DNA from: Bifidobacterium breve
GTDB taxonomy: Bacteria > Actinomycetota > Actinomycetes > Nanopelagicales > Nanopelagicaceae
Length of the DNA: 64,000 nt
Direction of reading: 5' to 3'
Assembly (NCBI GenBank): GCA_945883725.1
Contig: CAMCXZ010000004.1
Coordinates: 3,669-67,668 of the forward strand
Shown here: in pieces, positions 52,549 through 62,482 of the stretch
Layout: each line of letters opens with the position of its first letter
Position numbering within the stretch: position 1 is the first letter of the stretch
Made by a program: the position numbers and the translations under genes
Notes under the pieces: model-generated
The model's input: only the letters and a program-made list of their open reading frames with translations
Databases searched by the model: none
Told to the model about the DNA's origin: nothing

Positions 52549-53382
52549 TTGTTCGAAGCGATGTTCTTAGGTGCACTGCAGGGGCTAACTGAATTCCTGC
52601 CGATTTCCTCGAGCGCACACATTCGAATCGCAGGGGCACTTTTTGGAACTACTGAAGACCCTGGTGCTCGATTCACGGCCATCACTCAAATTGGTACCGA
52701 GCTTGCGGTTTTAATTTACTTTCGCAATGACATTAAGCAGATTATTTCAGCTTGGTTTCGTCAGATAACAAAACGTCCTGCCCTGAGTTCAAGTGAAAAA
52801 TCAGATGCCCGCATGGGATGGTTAATAATCATCGGAAGTTTGCCCATTGCCGTATTGGGCTACCTGGGCAGCGATGTAATCAGAAATGATTTTCGTTCAC
52901 TTTGGTTGATAGCTAGCACTTTGATTATCTTTGGCGTAATTCTGGGGATCGCTGATAAGTATGGAAATAGTGATCGCGACCTATCTAACTTAAGTGTGCG
53001 CGACGGCCTGCTATATGGTTTTGCGCAATCACTTGCCCTGATTCCAGGTGTTTCAAGATCTGGTGCCACTATTGCGATGGGTCGTTTTCTTGGCTACAGC
53101 CGGCAAGCAGCTCTTCGTTATTCATTCCTGTTAGCTCTGCCGGCAGTGTTTGGTAGTGGTTTTTATGAACTAAGGGGCGCTATCGCACAAGGTGGCGATA
53201 CCGGCACCTTCACAATTTCTGAGACTTTACTAGCAACGGCAATCGCATTTGTCATTGGTTATGCAGTAATTGCTTGGTTGCTTAAGTTTGTTTCCACCAG
53301 GAGCTTTGCGCCATTTATTATTTATCGAATTGGACTTGGTTCACTCTTGTTAATATTGCTTTCAACCGGGGTGATCAGTTAA
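52549..53382 (+). CDS. uppP: Undecaprenyl-diphosphatase
   Basis: QGLTEFLPISSSAH, PGVSRSGAT. Confidence 0.95.
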   Translation: MFEAMFLGALQGLTEFLPISSSAHIRIAGALFGTTEDPGARFTAITQIGTELAVLIYFRNDIKQIISAWFRQITKRPALSSSEKSDARMGWLIIIGSLPIAVLGYLGSDVIRNDFRSLWLIASTLIIFGVILGIADKYGNSDRDLSNLSVRDGLLYGFAQSLALIPGVSRSGATIAMGRFLGYSRQAALRYSFLLALPAVFGSGFYELRGAIAQGGDTGTFTISETLLATAIAFVIGYAVIAWLLKFVSTRSFAPFIIYRIGLGSLLLILLSTGVIS

Positions 53383-53399
53383 CTTTTTAGATAGCCAAA

Positions 53400-54632
53400 T
53401 TAGTCACGGCTAATCGGCAGATTAATCTCAATCTCAAGGCCGCTGAATTGGCTCTTTTGCAGCTTAATAGAACCGTCTGCATTTTCAATTATGCGCTTCA
53501 TGATCGTCATGCCTAACCCACTGCCACCTGATTCACGTGAGCGTGAACGATCAAATCTCTGGAAATATTGAATTCCAGACTTATATACCTCTTCAGGTAG
53601 TCCAGAACCAGCATCAGAAATTGTTAAGACTGCTCTATTTCCGGCTGTTGCCAAGACAATCAGCACTTGCGAATCCTCGGGCGTGTGCCGGCGAAGATTG
53701 GCAAATATGTTAGCCAGCATTTGTTGCGCATAATTATGAGAGATATTTACCAAGATTCCTGGCTCGATCTTTGTCTCTATTGGGCGTTCGGGCTGCAGCG
53801 TCTTTAAATCATTACTCAAATGCGCAACTTCGCGAGAGAAATTAATGATCTCAGGTGCAATCGGAGTTTGATCTTCTAGTTCGGCGATCAAGAGTAGGTC
53901 ATTGATCAAAGATTGCATGCGTTCGATTTCATGACTAACTCGCCCATAGTATTCGGCAGTTTTTGTTGCATCCGTTGTTTGGTTTTTACTTAGCAGCTCA
54001 ACATAACCTTTAATGACCGTTAACGGGGTGCGTAGTTCGTGGGAGGCGTCCCCCAGAAATTCACGCATGTTATCTTGATTTTTTTGGAGTGAATTCACAA
54101 CTTCATTGAGCTCGTTATCGCGGCGGAAAAGATAATTTGAAACCGCAGTACCGAGTAAAACCATTGCCAGGGTAAAGAGGAATAAGTATCGGATATTTTG
54201 GCTTTTACCGGTCTTTATATCGGCAAGGGATACCGAAAGAACTAAGAATTCATCATCTGGTAACTGGATTGCTCTAATGCGGTTCATTCCATCTGTTTTT
54301 AAAGTTACCCCTTCAGAAAGTGAGGCGTATAAATCTTGGTCATTGGGAGCACTGAGTAAATCTCCAGAGCTTTGATTAAGCGAGGTTATTTCTCGTGCGG
54401 CAGATATGTAGGAAACCGTGAATTTAAGGTCACTTTGATCAGCTAGCAGTAAGCCTAAGGAAAGCGGATCATCCTGGGTGTCAGCTAGTTGATTAACTGC
54501 CGAGGTGAGAATCGAATCAACTCGGCCAATTTCATTGCTTTCAGTGATGCTGATAGCAAAAAGCCCGATGGCAGCTGAGATCAAAATAATTATGGCTGAG
54601 ACTAGAGCCGTAAGACGAGTCTGCAATTTCAT
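53400..54632 (-). CDS. Sensor histidine kinase
   Basis: Two TMs, DASHELRTPL, GGSGLG. Confidence 0.93.
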   Translation of the reverse strand: MKLQTRLTALVSAIIILISAAIGLFAISITESNEIGRVDSILTSAVNQLADTQDDPLSLGLLLADQSDLKFTVSYISAAREITSLNQSSGDLLSAPNDQDLYASLSEGVTLKTDGMNRIRAIQLPDDEFLVLSVSLADIKTGKSQNIRYLFLFTLAMVLLGTAVSNYLFRRDNELNEVVNSLQKNQDNMREFLGDASHELRTPLTVIKGYVELLSKNQTTDATKTAEYYGRVSHEIERMQSLINDLLLIAELEDQTPIAPEIINFSREVAHLSNDLKTLQPERPIETKIEPGILVNISHNYAQQMLANIFANLRRHTPEDSQVLIVLATAGNRAVLTISDAGSGLPEEVYKSGIQYFQRFDRSRSRESGGSGLGMTIMKRIIENADGSIKLQKSQFSGLEIEINLPISRD

Positions 54633-55318
54633 TAATCAGCCACAATCTGAAAACCAATACCACGCACTGTTTTTATACCGTCAAAGCCATCGATATGTAG
54701 TTTTTTACGAAGGTAAGAAATGTAGGTATCTACAACTGTTGAGCTACTTTTGAAATCTATCTCCCAAACTTCAGAGAGCAGAGTCTCTTTGGTAACCACA
54801 TTTCCACGATTTAAAATTAACTGTTCTAATAACTTGAACTCAGTGGGGGACAAATCGACTAGTTGATCATTAAACTTAACTGAATATTTCGAAAAGTCCA
54901 TCGAGATTGGGCCACAGGTAAGTACTTTTACTTCAGCAACTTCACCCTTGCTGCGCCGCATTATTGCTTTTACTCGCAAGACCAACTCTTCGATACTAAA
55001 GGGCTTAGTTAAATAATCATCAGCACCAGTTCGCAAACCTTGATTAATGTCGGCTTTATCTGCACGCGCACTTAACATCAATACTGGAACCGACATTCCT
55101 TCAGTACGTAACTTTTCCAACAACGCCAAACCATCAAGCTTCGGCATATTAATATCAAGGATTAGAAGATCAAATCTTTCACGGCGCAGGAACGACAGCG
55201 CCTCGAGTCCATCGGCAGCCTGAACAGCCGTGATCTCAGAGATGCTCAGCGCTTCGCTGATTAGCTCTCGAACACCTGGTTCGTCATCGATTACCAGTAC
55301 TTTTGGCTGCTGAGGCAT
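54632..55318 (-). CDS. OmpR-family response regulator
   Basis: VIDDE, LDINMP, DDYLTKPF, TVRGIG; start reassigned to ATG 55318. Confidence 0.92.
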   Translation of the reverse strand: MPQQPKVLVIDDEPGVRELISEALSISEITAVQAADGLEALSFLRRERFDLLILDINMPKLDGLALLEKLRTEGMSVPVLMLSARADKADINQGLRTGADDYLTKPFSIEELVLRVKAIMRRSKGEVAEVKVLTCGPISMDFSKYSVKFNDQLVDLSPTEFKLLEQLILNRGNVVTKETLLSEVWEIDFKSSSTVVDTYISYLRKKLHIDGFDGIKTVRGIGFQIVAD

Positions 55319-55470
55319 GTCGATAAGGCTAGTTCGTAGAGCGCTTATTGGGTATAGCAGGCAGGCTAGTTCGCCCATTTCATTTGCGAAATCATTAAGA
55401 TTCACAAGGATTTCACAAACTTATCCCGCATCCTTATCTCATCCCGGGACGGGCTAACGAAAGGTCGAAG

Positions 55471-55986
55471 ATGAAAAAGCGCCTCGCAGTAATCGCACTA
55501 GTTGCCAGCTCGCTTGTTGCTTCGACGAATACTGCTTTAGCCGATGCTCAAAGCGATTACCAATTAGCGGTTCAGCAATATCAAATAGCGCTAGAAAATT
55601 GGAATGTGGCTAATAAGGCCGAGCAGGATAACTTTAAAATGGCGATGAAAGATTGGAATGCAGCCGTTAAGGCCGCAGAACAAGCACGTAAGGACATTGC
55701 TTCTCAATTTAAGAGTGATGCCGATGCAATCAAAGTGCGCACTAGTGCCGCTGTGGCTGCAGCAACGACAGCAAAGGCCAAGAAAGCTGCGGGTGCTGCT
55801 GGAAAAATTGAAATGGATTTAGCAATTGCGGTGCGTAATGTCGCTATGGAAGCTGTCGTTAAACCAGGTTTGAAGCCAGTTAAACCAAAAATATTGCCGG
55901 TACCAACACCACCTGCTAAGCCGGCTAAAGCTGCAAAACCGGCTAAGCCAAGCAAGAAGCCGGTGGCAACAAAATCTCCTGCTTAA
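55471..55986 (+). CDS. Secreted Ala/Lys/Pro-rich hypothetical protein
   Basis: Signal peptide; helical Ala-rich core; PAK-like tail. Confidence 0.75.
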   Translation: MKKRLAVIALVASSLVASTNTALADAQSDYQLAVQQYQIALENWNVANKAEQDNFKMAMKDWNAAVKAAEQARKDIASQFKSDADAIKVRTSAAVAAATTAKAKKAAGAAGKIEMDLAIAVRNVAMEAVVKPGLKPVKPKILPVPTPPAKPAKAAKPAKPSKKPVATKSPA

Positions 55987-56013
55987 TTGATTTTTCAAAA
56001 TGTATAATGAGAT

Positions 56014-56511
56014 ATGAGCCAGATCAAAGTAGAGCTATTAACTGCTGAGCAGTGGGCTCGAGCTAGAGAATTACGACTCGCTTCACTGCGAGATAGCGCT
56101 CATGCTTTTGGTGGGAATCTAGAAACCGAAAGTGCGCACACCGAATCTGAGTGGCGGGCTAAGTTTGAAAACCTCCATTACTTAGTTGCATCAGTCGATG
56201 GTATTGATGGTGCAATCATGACTGTTGAGAATTTAAAAGGTGATTTCGAAGCGACAGCTTGGATAGGTGGCTGTTGGAGCTCTCCGGAATATCGCGGAGT
56301 TGGACTTTTGAAAGCCATGATGAAATTTGTCGATGAGCATGCGCAGGAAAAGGGTTGGCAACGACAAGGTTTGGGTGTTTGGGAAGATAACTATTCAGCA
56401 ATCGCAGCATATGAAAAGTTAGATTTTGTTGCGATGGGTGAGCCAAAGCCAAGTACACGAGTTGCTAATAAGTTCTATATCCGCATGATTCGCGATGCAG
56501 CTAATCTCTAA
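56014..56511 (+). CDS. GNAT acetyltransferase
   Basis: PEYRGVG, N..AIAAYEKLDF. Confidence 0.85.
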   Translation: MSQIKVELLTAEQWARARELRLASLRDSAHAFGGNLETESAHTESEWRAKFENLHYLVASVDGIDGAIMTVENLKGDFEATAWIGGCWSSPEYRGVGLLKAMMKFVDEHAQEKGWQRQGLGVWEDNYSAIAAYEKLDFVAMGEPKPSTRVANKFYIRMIRDAANL

Positions 56512-56514
56512 AAG

Positions 56515-57423
56515 TTAGCCAATAAGGGAAGAATCACGCTTTTTAGATAAGTCATGCTCGCAGCCACTTGAGCGATCTTTTGAAGCGCAGGCCTCACAGA
56601 GCAAAACCAGCTTATGACAGGCAATATTTGAACAATTCACAAAGATTTTTGTTGGCGCGGCGCAAGATTCGCACTCACCAATAGTTTTAGCTTTCGATGA
56701 GAAATCCATTGCCATGCGATCATCGAAGACATAGAGCGAGCCATCCCAAAGGCCGTCATCGCCAAATTTATTTCCGTAACGAACGATCCCGCCCTTAACT
56801 TGATAAACCTCTTCAAAACCACGTGTTTTCATTACCGCAGAAAGAACCTCGCAACGAATGCCGCCGGTGCAATAAGTAACAATTGGCTTATCTTTCAAAT
56901 GATCGTACTTACCGCTTTCAATTTCGGCGACAAAGTCCCGCGTAGTTTCAACATCAGGAACAATCGCATTTCGAAACTTACCGATCTTGGCTTCAAAGGC
57001 ATTGCGACCATCAAAGAACACAACATCATCGCCGCGTTCTGCTACTAATTCATTAACTTGTTCAGGGCGTAAATGAATGCCACCACCAACTACGCCGTTT
57101 TTGTCAACTTTAATTTCATCTGGGTGTCCGAAGGCTACAAGTTCTTTGCGAACTTTTACCGATAACTTAGGAAATTCAGTGCCATCGCCAGCTGACCATT
57201 TGAAATCTACTTTGCGAAAACCGTCGTACTTCTTAGTCTTCTTTACGTAGGTGCGAAGCGCTTCAACCTCGCCACCTAAAGTGCCATTGATGCCGTGCTT
57301 AGAAATAATAATTCGGCCAGTTAAGCCAAGTGATTCACAAAGGGTGCGTTGCCACAATTTAACGGCGGCAGGGTCAGATATCGGCGTGAAGCAGTAATAC
57401 AAAATGACCTTGTGTAAATCCAT
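56515..57423 (-). CDS. trhO: tRNA uridine(34) hydroxylase / UPF0176 rhodanese
   Basis: [23 protein letters not shown]. Confidence 0.9.
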   Translation of the reverse strand: MDLHKVILYYCFTPISDPAAVKLWQRTLCESLGLTGRIIISKHGINGTLGGEVEALRTYVKKTKKYDGFRKVDFKWSAGDGTEFPKLSVKVRKELVAFGHPDEIKVDKNGVVGGGIHLRPEQVNELVAERGDDVVFFDGRNAFEAKIGKFRNAIVPDVETTRDFVAEIESGKYDHLKDKPIVTYCTGGIRCEVLSAVMKTRGFEEVYQVKGGIVRYGNKFGDDGLWDGSLYVFDDRMAMDFSSKAKTIGECESCAAPTKIFVNCSNIACHKLVLLCEACASKDRSSGCEHDLSKKRDSSLIG

Positions 57424-57452
57424 GGCGCGATTGTATCTCGCCTACTTTGCCC

Positions 57453-58097
57453 TTAAGAAATCAGCAGATTTAGCACCCATGGCTGGCCATCAGCAGGCGG
57501 GTGGAGCTCGCACTCAAATAACTGCGCAGTCATGCGCTGCACATCTGCCGGTGTTATGGGGTCACTGCCCTGCATAAGTATGTGCCTAGTTAGTTCGCCC
57601 CGATATTTCTTAGATATGTGTGTGATCACGCTTCGTTCTACGCCGGTTACTTTAAAGACCCTTACATCAACGGTATTTTCTGGATTAATTGTCCAAACAC
57701 TTTTATATGTAGACGAGCGGCAATCTATAACTAGTTCGTCAACAAATTTCTCAGAAACTTCTGCAATCGCATCGCGCCAAAATTTGCTATCTATTTTTAT
57801 TTTGTATTGAAAAATCTTATCTAGCGGTCTAACTAGACCAAAGAGCGCCGAAACTATCAAAACTCGCGAGTTAGCGCGCTTTTTCTGTGTCGCTGAAAGT
57901 GAGTGCCAGCCCAGACCTTGGTAGAGAACCCCATCGTAGATATCAATGGCCGGCGAAGTATGCGAATAATCGTAATCTGCCGTGGCCTGGGTTCTCGTAG
58001 CAGATAGCTCGGCTGCAAATATAAGTGAATTCAAATCAAATTTTTCTGGGCTAGTAGCTGCTTTTTTCTTCTCACTAGGAGGCAAGAGGATTAGCAT
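57453..58097 (-). CDS. yaaA: Peroxide stress protein YaaA family
   Basis: MLILLPPSEKK, YDGVLY, SALFG, DCRS. Confidence 0.8.
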   Translation of the reverse strand: MLILLPPSEKKKAATSPEKFDLNSLIFAAELSATRTQATADYDYSHTSPAIDIYDGVLYQGLGWHSLSATQKKRANSRVLIVSALFGLVRPLDKIFQYKIKIDSKFWRDAIAEVSEKFVDELVIDCRSSTYKSVWTINPENTVDVRVFKVTGVERSVITHISKKYRGELTRHILMQGSDPITPADVQRMTAQLFECELHPPADGQPWVLNLLIS

Positions 58098-58129
58098 TAG
58101 GTGATGCTATTGGAGAGGGCTCAATAATC

Positions 58130-58609
58130 ATGGCTGATGGAAAGAATGTTCGGGCGGAGATTTTCGAAACTGGCAATGAGCGAGTTAAGGCCGCTCGCAT
58201 AATTATCGATGCACCCGCTGCCAAAATTTTTGATCTCTTGGCAAATCCCAGCCGCCATAAAGAAATCGATGGTTCAAATACCATTCAAGGAAAGTTAAGT
58301 GGGCCAGAGCGGCTATCACTAGGAGCTAAATTTGGCATGTCCATGCACTTAGGCATTGATTACAAGATTAGGAATACCGTCGTTGAATTTGAAGAGAATA
58401 AACTCATTGCTTGGCGGCATTTAGGTCGCTGGCGTTGGCGCTATGAGATTCGCGAGATCGGCTCAAATCAATGCGAAGTTACCGAAACTTTTGATGGTCG
58501 TAAATCAATATCGCAGGCCTGGTTAAAGTTGCGTAAGGCCTATCCCTGGACTCAAATGGTCGTTGCGAAGACTTTGGTGCGCTTAAAAGAGGTCATGGAA
58601 GCACGCTAG
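58130..58609 (+). CDS. SRPBCC family protein
   Basis: IFDLLANPSRH.EIDGS, IAWRH, WRWRYE. Confidence 0.85.
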   Translation: MADGKNVRAEIFETGNERVKAARIIIDAPAAKIFDLLANPSRHKEIDGSNTIQGKLSGPERLSLGAKFGMSMHLGIDYKIRNTVVEFEENKLIAWRHLGRWRWRYEIREIGSNQCEVTETFDGRKSISQAWLKLRKAYPWTQMVVAKTLVRLKEVMEAR

Positions 58610-58712
58610 ATACTGTGGGAAGATAGCTACATGAATATGGCTAATGATTCGCTAGGCGCTGTAGTGGCCTCTCAAAAGTTACGCTCACTCACTAATAGTT
58701 GAGGTTGTTTCA

Positions 58713-59441
58713 ATGAACCGCGATTATTTAGTCATTATTCCAACTTATAACGAGATTACCAGCGTCGGAATTTTACTGCCACAGTTGCTCGAACTTAATT
58801 TAGATATTTTGGTAGTAGATGATGGCTCACCTGATGGCACGGCTGATGCTTGCCGGCAACTTGGTTTGCAAAGTGGCCGCATAGTTGTTGTAGAGCGAAA
58901 GAAAAAATTGGGTTTAGGAAGTGCTTATAAAGCTGGCTTCAAATATGGCGAAGACCGCGGTTACGAATTCTTAATTGAGATGGATGCTGATGGCTCACAC
59001 CAAGTCAGCGACCTTCTTACTTTGATGAGCGCGATGGAAAAGAGTGGCTCAGATTTAGTAATTGGATCGCGCTGGATTTCTGGTGGCGCTGTGCAGAATT
59101 GGGCCAGACGTCGAGAATGGTTATCAAGATCTGCCAATGTTTATGCCCGGCTATTGTTAGGCGGGAAAGTAAAGGATATGACAGCTGGCTTTCGAATTTA
59201 TCGCACGGCTAAGTTAATTCAAATTGATTTAGCTTCTGTTAAGAGTGAGGGTTATTGTTTTCAAATCGAAATGACCAAACGGATGTCTCAAATTGATGGC
59301 AATATTTTGGAAGTTCCAATTACCTTTGTAGAACGTAAGTATGGTGTTAGCAAGATGTCCAAAAAGATTGTTTTTGAGGCAATTTATCGAGTGACCGCGT
59401 GGGGTCTAAGCGCGAAATTCCGAAGAAAGCGCCCTTCATAG
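58713..59441 (+). CDS. Polyprenol monophosphomannose synthase (GT2)
   Basis: IIPTYNE, VDDGSPDGT, EMDADGSH, GYCFQIE. Confidence 0.9.
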   Translation: MNRDYLVIIPTYNEITSVGILLPQLLELNLDILVVDDGSPDGTADACRQLGLQSGRIVVVERKKKLGLGSAYKAGFKYGEDRGYEFLIEMDADGSHQVSDLLTLMSAMEKSGSDLVIGSRWISGGAVQNWARRREWLSRSANVYARLLLGGKVKDMTAGFRIYRTAKLIQIDLASVKSEGYCFQIEMTKRMSQIDGNILEVPITFVERKYGVSKMSKKIVFEAIYRVTAWGLSAKFRRKRPS

Positions 59442-59477
59442 CCACTTGCGATTTGCCGTGATAAGTTCAGCGCACTT

Positions 59478-59595
59478 GATCCAGGTGGCACCGCTGCCCA
59501 TGAACAAGTGGCGTTGCGTTTAGCGAAATCCGGTTTGATTCCGGTGCTGTCCCGCAACTGTAAAGATCGAAAGATCTAAGCCAGGTCGCCTGGCG
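59478..59595 (+). ncRNA. Cobalamin riboswitch
   Basis: CCAGGT..GAAATCCGGTTTGATTCCGG..GTCCCGCAACTGT..AAGCCAG..GCCTGG; downstream hairpin CTCCCTCAA..TTGAGGGAG sequesters the SD. Confidence 0.92.
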
Positions 59596-59701
59596 TGACG
59601 CCGAAAGTGTTATCCAACCTCGGAGGAAGGTTGGGCCTTTACGCGGAACTTCTCGTTTAATTGCCCCCTTTCTCCCTCAAATCTCTTGAGGGAGTATTTT
59701 T

Positions 59702-60622
59702 ATGTTTAAAAGGTATGTTCGACCGATGGCACTCTTGGTCGCAGCGCTATTACTAGCCCCACTTGCTCCAGCAAACGCGGCTAGTACAGCTACAAAATAT
59801 CCACTAACTATTTCATCTGGTGGATACTCAACAACAATTGCCAAAAAGCCAACTCGCATCATTTCGCTTTCCCCAAGTGCTACTGAATCACTATTTGAAA
59901 TTGGCGCTGGCAAACAAGTATTGGCAGTTGACTCACTTTCGAATTTTCCCAAGTCAGCCCCAATTACTCAGTTGAGCGCATTTGAACCAAATGTCGAAGC
60001 AATAGCTGCACTAAAACCAGATCTGGTGGTCTTATCTGTCGATGCCATGAAATCTCTGGTAGTTAAAGAAGCTCTGGAGAAGTTAAAGATCTCAGTATTG
60101 ATGGAGAAAGCGCCAGAAAACTTAGCACAGGCCTATAAAGAAATTGAAATTTTGGGAGCTGTAACTGGTCGCACAGTAGAAGCCAAAAAAGTAACTGTCA
60201 AGATGGCTTCATTGATTAAATCAATTATTAAGAAATCAAAAGTAAGTGGCAAAGTAACTTTCTTTCATGAGCTCGATAACACACTTTATTCAGTTACTTC
60301 CGATACTTTCATTGGCAAGGTTTACAAAGACTTTGGTTTGATTAATATCGCAGACAAGGCTGCTGGGGCTGATTCTTATGGCTATCCACAACTTTCAGCT
60401 GAGTACCTAGTTAAGTCTGATCCGACCATAATCTTTCTAGCAGATGCTGAATACGGCGAAAGTGTGGCAACCGTAAACGCTCGCGCTGGTTGGTCTGGAA
60501 TAACTGCGGTTACTAAGAAGAATATTTTCGCTCTACCAAACGATATTCCTTCTAGATGGGGGCCACGACTTGTTGATTTCTATCGCTATGTTGCTGCATC
60601 GCTTGCAAAGGTGAAGAAGTAA
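59702..60622 (+). CDS. btuF: Cobalamin ABC substrate-binding protein
   Basis: RIISLSPSATE, PNVEAI, SRWGPR; B12 riboswitch upstream. Confidence 0.85.
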   Translation: MFKRYVRPMALLVAALLLAPLAPANAASTATKYPLTISSGGYSTTIAKKPTRIISLSPSATESLFEIGAGKQVLAVDSLSNFPKSAPITQLSAFEPNVEAIAALKPDLVVLSVDAMKSLVVKEALEKLKISVLMEKAPENLAQAYKEIEILGAVTGRTVEAKKVTVKMASLIKSIIKKSKVSGKVTFFHELDNTLYSVTSDTFIGKVYKDFGLINIADKAAGADSYGYPQLSAEYLVKSDPTIIFLADAEYGESVATVNARAGWSGITAVTKKNIFALPNDIPSRWGPRLVDFYRYVAASLAKVKK

Positions 60623-60626
60623 GTAA

Positions 60627-61643
60627 ATGAAGAAGAATCAGATCGATCGCGTGTGGCGCTGGCAGATTACTGCCAGCGCTGCCGCGGCGCTTCTGATTGC
60701 TTGTTTACTTGGGGTGGGCTTTGGTCCGGTTAATTTGAATTTCGGATCAATCATTAGAACTTTATTGGGTTTACCCAATGGCTTAGAAAGTGAAGATCGC
60801 ACCTTGTTGCTTGAGTTGCGATTACCGCGAGTTGTATTAGGTGCGCTAGTTGGCGCAGCCCTTGCAACAAGTGGTGCGGTTTATCAGAGTGTTTTTAGAA
60901 ACCCGCTAGCTGATCCATATTTACTTGGCGTCGCATCAGGTGCTGGCCTCGGAGCCACAATTGCCATCACCAACGGTGGCGGAGACTTACACGCCCTGCT
61001 ACCAATCTTTGCCTTTCTCGGGGGAGTACTTGCAGTGGCTGCGACTTTCTTAGTGGCAGGTAGATTATTTGCAGATCCCAGTACTTTGTTATTGGCAGGT
61101 ATTGCAGTTGGTTCTTTTGCAACAGCGTTTCAAACTTATTTGCAACAACGCAACAGCGCAGCCTTGCGTCCGGTGTATTCCTGGATTCTGGGCGAGCTAA
61201 CAGTTGCCAATTGGGACGTAGTTAAGTGGGCCGGCTTTTATATTCTTATCGCTCTTGCTGTGTTAATTCGTATTTCCAAGGTCCTTGATGCGTTGATGCT
61301 AAGCGATGAAGAGGCCTATTCCTTAGGGGTTTCACCCCAGAAAATCCGCATGATTGCCGTTGCTGCGGCGACTTTAGCAACTGCCACAGCAGTATCTGCA
61401 AGTGGTCTAATCGGCTTTGTTGGAATTGTGGTGCCGCACTTAGTTAGAGGCTTAACCAAGCGGGCTACAAATCGATCGCTTCTTTCGATCGCATTTGTGG
61501 GCGCTGCGTTTCTAGTAATTGCCGATTTGGGAGCCCGCACATTGCTATCACCAGCAGAGCTGCCTATTGGAGTCATTACCGCATTCGTCGGGGCACCATT
61601 TTTCTTATTCGTTCTACGAGCTCGCAATCGAGGTAGCCAGTGA
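60627..61643 (+). CDS. btuC: Cobalamin ABC permease (FecCD family)
   Basis: LRLPR, RNPLADPY, IGFVGIVVPH. Confidence 0.85.
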   Translation: MKKNQIDRVWRWQITASAAAALLIACLLGVGFGPVNLNFGSIIRTLLGLPNGLESEDRTLLLELRLPRVVLGALVGAALATSGAVYQSVFRNPLADPYLLGVASGAGLGATIAITNGGGDLHALLPIFAFLGGVLAVAATFLVAGRLFADPSTLLLAGIAVGSFATAFQTYLQQRNSAALRPVYSWILGELTVANWDVVKWAGFYILIALAVLIRISKVLDALMLSDEEAYSLGVSPQKIRMIAVAAATLATATAVSASGLIGFVGIVVPHLVRGLTKRATNRSLLSIAFVGAAFLVIADLGARTLLSPAELPIGVITAFVGAPFFLFVLRARNRGSQ

Positions 61644-62398
61644 TTAATATCGAAAATCTCTCAGTGCGTTTTGATAACGCTGAAGTTCTACAATCAATTA
61701 ATTTAGATATTCCAGAAGGAACCTGGAGCTGTTTAGTAGGTCCCAATGGCGCTGGCAAGACCACGCTGTTACGCACCATGCTCGGCATGCAACCGTATTC
61801 GGGTTCAATTAAATATAACGATCGAGAAATTGCTAAGAACAAATCACTGAACATCGCATTTGTTCCGCAGCGTCCCTCAATTCCAGCAGCTATGAGTGTT
61901 GCTGAATATGTGATGTTAGGACGAGCAAAGCTAGATGGCTGGGGCAAAGAGAGTGCACATAGTCGCAATATCGTGCACGAGATGTTAGAGGCAACTCAGT
62001 TATTAGGAATGCAGAGCCAATTAGTAAACACCCTCTCTGGCGGTGAAATGCAGCGGGTATTAATCGCCCGGGCCCTGGTACAGGAACCCGAAGTGATGTT
62101 GCTTGATGAACCAACCAGTGCCCTTGATTTACATCATCAGATTGCAGTACTAAATAAAGTTGAGGAAATTAAGTCAACTGGCGTCACCATTGTTTCAACG
62201 ATGCACGACATCACCTTGGGCGCTATGTATGCAGAGCGAATCATCATCATGCAGAGCGGGCGAGTGCTGCTAGATGGCGAATCACATTCGGTTATTCACT
62301 CACCCGAGTTGCGCAGCGCCTTTGATGACCGTATTAGCGTGCATCTACTTGAGAACGGTCGTCCAGTAATCATTGCCGCTAAGCGCGCTACAGGGTGA
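61640..62398 (+). CDS. btuD: Cobalamin ABC ATPase
   Basis: GPNGAGKTT, LSGGEMQR, LDEPTSALDLHHQ. Confidence 0.85.
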   Translation: MINIENLSVRFDNAEVLQSINLDIPEGTWSCLVGPNGAGKTTLLRTMLGMQPYSGSIKYNDREIAKNKSLNIAFVPQRPSIPAAMSVAEYVMLGRAKLDGWGKESAHSRNIVHEMLEATQLLGMQSQLVNTLSGGEMQRVLIARALVQEPEVMLLDEPTSALDLHHQIAVLNKVEEIKSTGVTIVSTMHDITLGAMYAERIIIMQSGRVLLDGESHSVIHSPELRSAFDDRISVHLLENGRPVIIAAKRATG

Positions 62399-62482
62399 GA
62401 TAAAGGGGTTATTTAGCGCCTAAGCTCACTTGTTTAGGGGTTAGAGATAGCATTTCTCCCCTACTTAAGTAACCCTATCCCT

